Of a stretch of DNA of 64,000 nucleotides, positions 56,838 to 64,000 are shown piece after piece. Origin of the DNA: an uncultured virus (IMG/VR IMGVR_UViG_3300028593_001674) (lineage: Duplodnaviria > Heunggongvirae > Uroviricota > Caudoviricetes); the IMG/VR virus record IMGVR_UViG_3300028593_001674. The stretch is one strand, 5' to 3'. Each line of letters begins with the position of its first letter. The first letter of the stretch is position 1. The notes under the pieces were generated by a model. It made no database searches. It saw only the letters and a list, made by a program, of their open reading frames with translations, and had not been told where the DNA came from. The translations under genes and the position numbers were made by a program.

Positions 56838-58450
56838 TGTGGAAATTCCTTGTAAAACAGCAGAAAATTGAGGTTCTGGAACGTGAAGTGATAGCCGACC
56901 ACCAGATCGCATTTGTCAACCTGAAATTTACCTTTGACGGCGACTGGAAGAAGTTTCACAAGGTGGTGCAGTTTTCGCAGTGTGATGAAGTTTACAGCAT
57001 TGTTCTGGGATTTGACGGAACTTCTTGTAAACTGCCGTCTGAGCTTCATGCAGGCGCGGTGAAGATGTCTATTTTCGGATATGATGCGGAATCGGATACC
57101 ACAGTGAGAGCAACGACTGTTCCGATTACCTTGAATATTCGTGAATCAGGATTTGTGGGCGATGATGATACGCCGATTCCGCCAACGCCCGATTTGTACA
57201 AACAGCTTTTACAGAAAATTGCGGAGATTCAGTCAGGTGCCAATGGAAAAGATGGGCTTTCGGCTTATGAAATTGCAAAAGAAAATGGATTTGTGGGAAC
57301 GGTTTCAGATTGGCTTGAAAGTCTGAAAGGTGCGGACGGTTTGCCGGGTAAGGATGGTGCTGATGGACGTGACGGTAGGGACGGTAAAGACGGGGCAGAC
57401 GGGCAAAATGGTGCTGACGGTGAAAATGGTCTATCCGCATATGAGTTGGCTGTACAGAATGGCTATACGGGAACGGTAGAGGAATGGCTACAATCCATTA
57501 CTCCCGATTTATCACCGTATATCACAAGGGTTGAGGTTCTCAAAATCGTTGATGACAAGGTTCATTCTTCCGCACCCGACCTCTCGCCATACGTCACCAG
57601 AGTGGAGACTCAAAAGCTTGTCGAATCGAAATTTCAGACGGTGGAATCAGATTTGATCGCTTTAGAAAATACTGTAAGTACTGAAATTCAGGCGGTCAAG
57701 GATTCGGTCGAGCCTGTTGTGTCTCAGGCACACTGGCATCATAATCTCACATTACTGAACAGCTTAACGTCTGCAAAAATTGCAAAATGGGATAAAATTT
57801 CGGATATTGAAACTGAATTGCAACAATTGCGTGATTCTACGCAGTACGATCAACAAAATCAGAATGATTCTATTTTGATTCTTGAAAATAGGATTGCTGT
57901 CTTGGAATCGCAGATTGCAAGCGCAAACAATGGATATACCGTGCTTTTCGAGAATGGTACGGATGCCATTCGTGTGTACGGCTATTATATCGGACTTGTT
58001 CTCAACGGCGGCTTTTTCACAATGGAGCATTTTGCGGAACAGTATACACATTTCAGTTGTCCTGACAACCATTATGCGATGTACTACGGACAGGAGGACT
58101 TCAACTGGGATGCACAGATACTGACTTGCGTTGAAAAGCGACTTAAATTGGATGAAAACAGCAAGATCCAGTTCCGCTATACTTCCGGTGCAACAGAGGA
58201 CGGCGAACTATATCTTATTACACCGCCCGGCGGAAAAATCGATGTTCCTATCACTCTGTATGCAAGGAGTGAGATCGATAATGGGCGTGCAATTCAGCTT
58301 GACTTCCAGTGGCTGCAAACGGAAAAGTTTATCACAACGGAGACAGACTGCACAGGTATCACAGCCGGCGAATATTACCTTGCATGGGTTGGCAGGAGCA
58401 ACAACACACATCCAACGATTCAGAGCGTGAAAGTAAAGGAGAGTGTCTGA
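56837..58450 (+). CDS. tail fibre-like protein with collagen repeats
   Basis: GADGLPGKDGADGRDG.. Gly-X-Y run bracketed by two GLSAYE.A..NG motifs. Confidence 0.7.
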   Translation: MWKFLVKQQKIEVLEREVIADHQIAFVNLKFTFDGDWKKFHKVVQFSQCDEVYSIVLGFDGTSCKLPSELHAGAVKMSIFGYDAESDTTVRATTVPITLNIRESGFVGDDDTPIPPTPDLYKQLLQKIAEIQSGANGKDGLSAYEIAKENGFVGTVSDWLESLKGADGLPGKDGADGRDGRDGKDGADGQNGADGENGLSAYELAVQNGYTGTVEEWLQSITPDLSPYITRVEVLKIVDDKVHSSAPDLSPYVTRVETQKLVESKFQTVESDLIALENTVSTEIQAVKDSVEPVVSQAHWHHNLTLLNSLTSAKIAKWDKISDIETELQQLRDSTQYDQQNQNDSILILENRIAVLESQIASANNGYTVLFENGTDAIRVYGYYIGLVLNGGFFTMEHFAEQYTHFSCPDNHYAMYYGQEDFNWDAQILTCVEKRLKLDENSKIQFRYTSGATEDGELYLITPPGGKIDVPITLYARSEIDNGRAIQLDFQWLQTEKFITTETDCTGITAGEYYLAWVGRSNNTHPTIQSVKVKESV

Positions 58451-58914
58451 TGAAAGAAAATATTTGTACTATTTTAGGCTTGGCAGGCGGCTTTATTGCC
58501 GCACTGCTTGGAGGGTGGGATTCCGCATTGGCAACACTTATCATTTTTATGGCGATTGATTTTGTAACAGGTCTTATCGCCGCGGCAATGGGAAAATCCA
58601 AGCACAGCAAGTCCGGCAAACTTAGTTCAAAAGCCGGTTGGGTGGGACTTGCAAAGAAGTTCTGCATTCTGCTCATGGTTGTGGTTGCTGTCAGAATGGA
58701 CATTCTGATCGGCACGACATATATCCGTGATGCGACCTGTATCGGCTTTTGCGTCAATGAGCTGCTGTCAATTATCGAAAATACAAGTTTAATGGGCTTA
58801 CCCTATCCGGATTCAATTAAAAAAGCAATTGAAGTTTTGCAGAAAAAAGCAGGCAGACTTGATGACGAAATTCAGGAAATGATCGATGAATTGGAGGAGG
58901 ACAAAAATGATTAA
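58450..58914 (+). CDS. holin (phage holin 4 family)
   Basis: LGGWD, IDFVTG, NELLSIIEN. Confidence 0.9.
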   Translation: MKENICTILGLAGGFIAALLGGWDSALATLIIFMAIDFVTGLIAAAMGKSKHSKSGKLSSKAGWVGLAKKFCILLMVVVAVRMDILIGTTYIRDATCIGFCVNELLSIIENTSLMGLPYPDSIKKAIEVLQKKAGRLDDEIQEMIDELEEDKND

Positions 58915-60112
58915 AACCTACAAATACAGCGACAATACACAGCTTTCACCGCATTTCAATGCAAGAGAATTCAAATGCAAATGCGGTAAGGAGCATAATT
59001 TTCAGGTAAGTACCGAGCTCGTGGACAAGCTGGAAAAACTCTATGAAAAACTGGACTGCTCAAAAATTATTGTAACATCAGGATTCCGCTGTGCAGAGCA
59101 TGATAAGAATGTCGGTGGAACTGGAACAGGACAGCATACCAAAGGTACTGCTGCTGATATTTGCTGTTATGGTCAGGACGGGCAGCCGATTTCCAGTAAG
59201 ACTGTTTGCTGTACGGCACAGGATATCGATTTCATGGGCATTGCAAACATCGACAGCAAGTATATTTACACCCATGTGGACGTGCGTACTGCTTCAAAAT
59301 GGTACGGCGATGAAACAAAGGGAAATAACTCTGTGACAAGCGATTTTCACAGCTATTTCGGTATTCAGAAAGGCAATGAAAACTCTATGAAAGGCATTGA
59401 TGTCAGCGTTCACAACGGCAGCATTGATTGGCAGAAAGTGAAATCTTCTGGCATTGATTTTGCAATTCTTCGTGCAGGCTACGGCAGGGAAATTTCCCAG
59501 AAAGACACACGTTTCGAGGAGAATTACAAGAATGCAAAATCGGCAGGAATCCCGATCGGAGCATACTGGTACAGCTATGCAATGTCAGAAGATGAAGCAA
59601 GACTGGAAGCGGATGTTTTCCTGTCTGTTATCAAGGGTAAGCAGTTTGAATTTCCGGTTTATTTCGATGTGGAGGAGAAAAAACAGTTTGATCTCGGCAA
59701 GGAAAAGGTTTCTGCTATTATGCGTGCTTTTCTTGAACGTATTGAATCCGCAGGCTATTTTGTCGGGCTTTACGGCTCTGCATCTTCCCTCACAACGCAT
59801 ACCGCTGATGATATCAAAAACCGCTACACGATCTAGCTTGCACACTGGATTGAGAAAACAAACTACAGCGATTCGTATGCTCTGTGGCAGTATTCGGATA
59901 AAGGCACTGTTTCAGGAATCAACGGCAATGTTGACCTTGATATTTGTACCACTGATTTTCCGTCGATTATCAAGGCAAATAGGCTGAACGGTTTCGGAAA
60001 ATTCCACACTCCTGAACCCGAAAAAATTCCCACGCCTGAACCTGATAACAAGGTGAATGTCACTGTTCAGATCGGCGGCGATAACTACAAAGGGACGCTT
60101 GAAAAGGTGTGA
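58907..60112 (+). pseudogene. endolysin (M15 peptidase plus GH25 muramidase) interrupted by TAG at 59834-59836
   Basis: SGFRC..H..AAD..HVD; GIDVS, FDVEE; frame continues LAHW..WQYS..VDLD to TGA at 60112. Confidence 0.85.
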
Positions 60113-60119
60113 TTTTATG

Positions 60120-60152
60120 GGCAGGAGTGTAAAATCTCCTGCCTTCCCTTTT
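60120..60152 (+). terminator. hairpin after the lysis cassette
   Basis: GGCAGGAG-N8-CTCCTGCC then pyrimidine run. Confidence 0.5.
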
Positions 60153-60181
60153 GTATGTATAGCAATAGAGGGAGGTATGCT

Positions 60182-60574
60182 ATGACGATTAATCAAAAGC
60201 TGAAAATCGACCAGATGAAAGAAAACGGTCAATCCCTGCAATCCATCAGCGAGGAACTTAATATATCCATTGGCACAATAAAATCATATTTATCCAGAAA
60301 AAGTTCTGCTGTGCGATGCGAATATTGCAGACAGACCATTCACCAGACAAATCACGGTAAAAAGAAACGATTTTGCAGTGACCGCTGCCGCATAAATTGG
60401 TGGCGTGAGCATTGTGAAAGCTCCAATAATTCACTTGAAAAAATTTGTCCGATATGCAAGAAAAAATTCTTCTCATATCCAAGCAAGAGACAAATTTACT
60501 GCTCCAAAAAGTGTTCAGGAAAGGCAAGGTGGGCTGATGTATCGCAGAATTATGATGTATCAGATAATGGCTGA
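60182..60574 (+). CDS. HTH plus Zn-finger DNA-binding protein
   Basis: ISEELNISIGTIKSY; CEYC, RFCSDRCR, CPIC, YCSKKC. Confidence 0.7.
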   Translation: MTINQKLKIDQMKENGQSLQSISEELNISIGTIKSYLSRKSSAVRCEYCRQTIHQTNHGKKKRFCSDRCRINWWREHCESSNNSLEKICPICKKKFFSYPSKRQIYCSKKCSGKARWADVSQNYDVSDNG

Positions 60575-60701
60575 TATTCTCAAAAGCTGGCTGAAATCCG
60601 GTGCGATTTCAAAAAAGGAATACAACCAAATGAACACAAAAATAGCCGAAAAATACGGCATATCTTTGTCAGGTATATTCGTTGATAATTCTGCGGTTTA
60701 G
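60537..60701 (+). CDS. small SHOCT-like protein upstream of the recombinases
   Basis: LKSGAISKKEY..KY. Confidence 0.6.
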   Translation: MYRRIMMYQIMADILKSWLKSGAISKKEYNQMNTKIAEKYGISLSGIFVDNSAV

Positions 60702-60733
60702 AGTTATTATGGTAGCTGAAAGGAGAGGTTATC

Positions 60734-62053
60734 ATGCAGCGATCGATACAAAAAATTGAACCCTCTACAGCTTCCCTACCACAGCTGCTCAAAGTTGCGG
60801 CTTATGCACGAGTTTCCAGTGGAAAGGACGCAATGCTTCACTCTTTGTCAGCACAGGTCGGATACTACACTGAATTAATTCAAAGCAATCCAGAGTGGCG
60901 ATTCTGCGGTGTTTACGCTGATGAAGCACTGACAGGAACAAAGGATAATCGTGAGCAATTTCAAATAATGCTTGCGGAATGCAGAAAGGGAAACATCAAT
61001 CTCATTATCACAAAATCTATCAGCAGATTTGCCCGAAATACCGTCACGCTTCTGGAAACTGTCAGAGAGCTGAAAGAGCTGGGAGTTGGCGTTCTGTTCG
61101 AGGAACAGAATATTCACAGTCTTTCTTCTGATGGAGAATTGATGCTTTCTATCCTTGCAAGCTACGCTCAGGAGGAAAGCTACTCCGCAAGCGAGAATCA
61201 GAAATGGCGGATTCGCAGGAATTTTGAGGAAGGAAAAATCAGCAGTATCCGAATGCTCGGCTACAAAAGGACTCCCGATGGCAGTCTTGAAATCATTCCC
61301 GAAGAAGCAGAAACGGTACGGCTGATTTTCAACAGCTATCTGTCGGGAATGGGGAAACAGACTATTGCCAATATGCTGAACGAAATGCAGATTCCAACGA
61401 TAAACGGCTGTGAATGGACGGCTGAGGACATCCGCAGGATTCTGAAAAATGAAAAGTATGCCGGGAATATGCTGCTGCAAAAGAAATTCCGTGAGAATCA
61501 CCTGACCAAGAGAACGCTTAAAAACGACGGAAAATTGCCGCAGTATTTTGTAGAAGAATCTCATGAGCCGATTATTGAACAAGGTATTTTTGAAGCTGTT
61601 CAGAAGCATTTGCAGGATCAGAGAGAACACTATTCTGCATCAAAGCCTGCCGGGATTTATCCATTTACAGGCAAAATTCAATGCCAGTGCTGCGGTAAAA
61701 ATTATCGTAGGAAAACAACTGCGACAGGTGTTGTCTGGATTTGCGCTACATACAACACAAAAGGCAAGAAGTACTGCCCAACAGCAAAGCAGATTCCCGA
61801 AAATACGTTGATTTCTGTTTGTTGCGAGGTGCTTGGAGTGGATAATTTCGATGCAGATATTTTTGAAAATCAGATTGAAAAGATTATTGTACCTGCACCA
61901 AATGAACTGATATTTATTTTTCATGACGGACATCAGATTTTTGCGAACTGGAAAGACCGTTCACGTTCTGAAAGCTGGACAGATGAAATGAGAGAAAATG
62001 CCGCAAAAACCACAAAAGAAAGGCGATGGAAAAATGGCAAAGCAAATAACTAA
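60734..62053 (+). CDS. large serine recombinase 1
   Basis: AAYARVSS, KSISRFARN, CQCCG Zn ribbon. Confidence 0.93.
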   Translation: MQRSIQKIEPSTASLPQLLKVAAYARVSSGKDAMLHSLSAQVGYYTELIQSNPEWRFCGVYADEALTGTKDNREQFQIMLAECRKGNINLIITKSISRFARNTVTLLETVRELKELGVGVLFEEQNIHSLSSDGELMLSILASYAQEESYSASENQKWRIRRNFEEGKISSIRMLGYKRTPDGSLEIIPEEAETVRLIFNSYLSGMGKQTIANMLNEMQIPTINGCEWTAEDIRRILKNEKYAGNMLLQKKFRENHLTKRTLKNDGKLPQYFVEESHEPIIEQGIFEAVQKHLQDQREHYSASKPAGIYPFTGKIQCQCCGKNYRRKTTATGVVWICATYNTKGKKYCPTAKQIPENTLISVCCEVLGVDNFDADIFENQIEKIIVPAPNELIFIFHDGHQIFANWKDRSRSESWTDEMRENAAKTTKERRWKNGKANN

Positions 62054-63611
62054 AATTCCTCCAAGGCTGAATCCTGCCACTTTTGTACCAATTGAAAGTA
62101 TCACAAAACGCAGAGTTGCAGGCTACGCACGAGTTTCAACCGATTCTGAGGAACAGAAAACCTCCTACGCTGCACAGGTGGATTATTACACCAAGTACAT
62201 CAAAAGCAGAGCCGACTGGGAGTTTGTTGGTGTTTACACTGATGAGGGCATTAGCGCAACGAATACCAAGCACAGAGAGGGATTTAATCGCATGATTTCC
62301 GATGCTTTGGATGGAAAAATCGACCTTATCGTCACCAAGAGCGTGAGTCGTTTTGCCCGAAATACCGTGGATTCTCTTACTACAGTACGCAAATTAAAAG
62401 AGAAAGGCATCGAGGTCTATTTCCAGAAGGAGAACATCTACACTCTTGATTCCAAGGGCGAATTGTTAATCACAATTATGAGTTCACTGGCACAGGAAGA
62501 ATCACGTTCCATCTCCGAAAATGTTACATGGGGACAGCGGAAACGCATGGCTGACGGTAAGGTCTCGCTCCCCTACGGTCGTTTTCTCGGATACCGAAAA
62601 GGAGAAAATGATGTGCCTGAAATTGTGCCGGAGGAAGCCAAAATTGTGCGATATATCTACAGAAATTTTATGCTGGGCAAAACTCCTCATAACATTGCAG
62701 AGGAATTAACCTTGCAAAAAGTTCCGACTCCGGCAGGCAAAGAAGTGTGGTCTACATCAACTATTGAAAGCATTCTGACAAATGAAAAATATCGTGGTTC
62801 GGCACTTTTGCAGAAGAAATTCACCGTGGACTTCCTGACCAAAAAGCAGAAAATCAATGAGGGCGAAGTCGCTCAATATTACATTGAGGATAGCCATGAA
62901 CCGATTATCCCACCCTGTGAATTCGAGTTAGTTCAAGCTGAATTTCTGCGTAGAAAACGCATCGGAAGGAGCTACAACAGTAAGAGCATTTTTACTGCTC
63001 GACTTGTTTGTGAATGCTGCGGCGGATATTTCGGCTCGAAAGTGTGGCATTCTACCAGCAAGTATCGCAGAACGGTCTGGCAGTGCAATCATAAATTCAA
63101 AAACGGTGAAAAATGCACAACACCACATCTCTACGAGGAACATATCAAGGATAAGTTTCTGATTGCCATGAACAGCATTCTTGCGAACAAAGATGAGATT
63201 ATCGAAAACTGCATGATGCTCAGTGAGGATTTTTCCCATGATGATAAATTGCAGGAAAAAATTGATTGCATCGAGCTTGAAAAAGAAGCTGTTTCCAAGA
63301 AAATCAGGCAGCTGATTCAGCGGCACAGCATAAAGCCGATGAAAGCGGAAGAATATTACAAGCAGTGCGATATTCTCAATAATGAGTATAACGCTCTGGA
63401 AGCAAAAGAAGCTCCGCTTCTCCGGAAAAAAGAAGATATGCTTGTCAAGCGGAAATTTATACTTAACTATGTCGAGATGCTTAAAACGCAGGATTGTCTG
63501 ATAACAGAATTTTCCGAGACTTTATGGCTGAAATCCATTGACCATGTGACTATCTGCACAAATGGCGATACGGTTTTCTGTTTTAAGGATGGGACGGAAA
63601 TTAGAATTTGA
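62034..63611 (+). CDS. large serine recombinase 2
   Basis: AGYARVST, KSVSRFARN, CECCG, coiled coil. Confidence 0.93.
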   Translation: MAKQITKIPPRLNPATFVPIESITKRRVAGYARVSTDSEEQKTSYAAQVDYYTKYIKSRADWEFVGVYTDEGISATNTKHREGFNRMISDALDGKIDLIVTKSVSRFARNTVDSLTTVRKLKEKGIEVYFQKENIYTLDSKGELLITIMSSLAQEESRSISENVTWGQRKRMADGKVSLPYGRFLGYRKGENDVPEIVPEEAKIVRYIYRNFMLGKTPHNIAEELTLQKVPTPAGKEVWSTSTIESILTNEKYRGSALLQKKFTVDFLTKKQKINEGEVAQYYIEDSHEPIIPPCEFELVQAEFLRRKRIGRSYNSKSIFTARLVCECCGGYFGSKVWHSTSKYRRTVWQCNHKFKNGEKCTTPHLYEEHIKDKFLIAMNSILANKDEIIENCMMLSEDFSHDDKLQEKIDCIELEKEAVSKKIRQLIQRHSIKPMKAEEYYKQCDILNNEYNALEAKEAPLLRKKEDMLVKRKFILNYVEMLKTQDCLITEFSETLWLKSIDHVTICTNGDTVFCFKDGTEIRI

Positions 63612-63631
63612 ATATTACAGAATATCGATAT

Positions 63632-63671
63632 GGGGCATCCTGATTTTTGTTTCAGGATGCCCCGATTTTTT
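63632..63671 (+). terminator. intrinsic terminator after the recombinases
   Basis: GGGGCATCCTGA / TCAGGATGCCCC stem then T run. Confidence 0.75.
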
Positions 63672-63682
63672 GTAATTCTAAG

Positions 63683-63812
63683 CAAAGAAACGGTAAACTC
63701 CAAAGAAACGGCAAACATGCAACCACCCCTAAAAAATGCAACCATAGGTGCAATCGTTTCGTTGTACTCTGCTATCGTTTCGTTGCTCTTATTTTTCTGT
63801 ACAAAGAAACGA
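63683..63812. repeat. direct and inverted short repeats at the prophage right end (candidate att region)
   Basis: CAAAGAAACG at 63683, 63701, 63802; ATCGTTTCGTTG at 63753, 63774. Confidence 0.55.
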
Positions 63813-63877
63813 TATACCCCTCCCCTATCGTTTATTTGAGTTCTTGAAACAACGATGTTTCGGCGTTTTTGGCAAAA

Positions 63878-63916
63878 TAAAAAACGCAACGATTTTTGTA
63901 TCAATCGTTGCGTTTT
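63878..63916 (-). terminator. terminator downstream of the tRNA
   Basis: AAAACGCAACGAT / ATCGTTGCGTTTT stem. Confidence 0.65.
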
Positions 63917-63920
63917 GATA

Positions 63921-63996
63921 TGGTGGAGCATAGGGGATTCGAACCCCTGACCCCCACACTGCCAGTGTGATGCGCTCCCAGCTGCGCTAATGCCCC
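63921..63996 (-). tRNA. tRNA-Ala (GGC)
   Basis: GGGGCATTAGCGCAGCTGGGAGCG...CT-GGC-AG...GGTTCGAATCCC...CTCCACCA, 76 nt with CCA. Confidence 0.95.
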
Positions 63997-64000
63997 GAAC

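Larger units (their letters stand above)
4625..63850 (+). mobile_element. prophage (siphovirus morphology, PolA-encoding, serine-recombinase integration), probably defective; left boundary uncertain
   Basis: contiguous replication, packaging, head, tail, lysis and recombinase modules. Confidence 0.85.

Noticed and set aside
55482..58450. Diversity-generating retroelement acting on tail proteins
   Set aside because: No reverse transcriptase and no adenine-variant template repeat seen in the window
40466..59836. TAG reassigned to Trp in late genes (two in-frame TAGs at Trp-like positions)
   Set aside because: TAG is the real stop of several phage genes (19555, 22645, 45910, 52931), no suppressor tRNA is present, and TGG to TAG is a single transition
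63683..63812. CRISPR-like array
   Set aside because: Repeats are only 10-12 bp, in mixed orientation, with no spacer-sized unique sequences
63921..63996. tRNA-Ala 3' end as the attachment site
   Set aside because: No duplicate of the tRNA 3' end seen in the window, and its terminator is intact; a copy outside the window cannot be excluded

Overview
Almost the whole window (about 4.6-63.85 kb, left end uncertain) is a temperate siphovirus prophage of a clostridial (Ruminococcus-like) host. It ends in two serine recombinases just before a host tRNA-Ala(GGC). The first ~4.2 kb holds an IS982 copy with inverted repeats and a 7-bp target duplication, plus a minus-strand repressor-tdk-SRAP cluster and a phosphatase. 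Prophage order: ImmA/HTH and sigma-like regulators; replication (DUF2800, SSB, PolA, VRR-NUC, SNF2, primase-helicase); metK; HNH; NrdDG; four DNA methyltransferases with a PAPS-reductase-family gene; an array of self-promoted small cassettes; HK97-type head; tail; lysis; recombinases. Four genes carry inteins (PolA, NrdD, C5-MTase, TerL). The most striking signals are: (1) the PolA intein encodes its HNH endonuclease in a different, overlapping frame; (2) the C5-MTase hides a second protein-like ORF in an alternative frame; (3) the class-3-type TerL intein is broken by a TAG in a way that could give a split intein; (4) a cassette array with covarying ~210-bp structured repeats; (5) a large structured leader upstream of the sigma-like gene. 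Nonsense, start-codon and homopolymer lesions suggest a defective prophage. All calls come from motif recognition by eye; no database searches were run.
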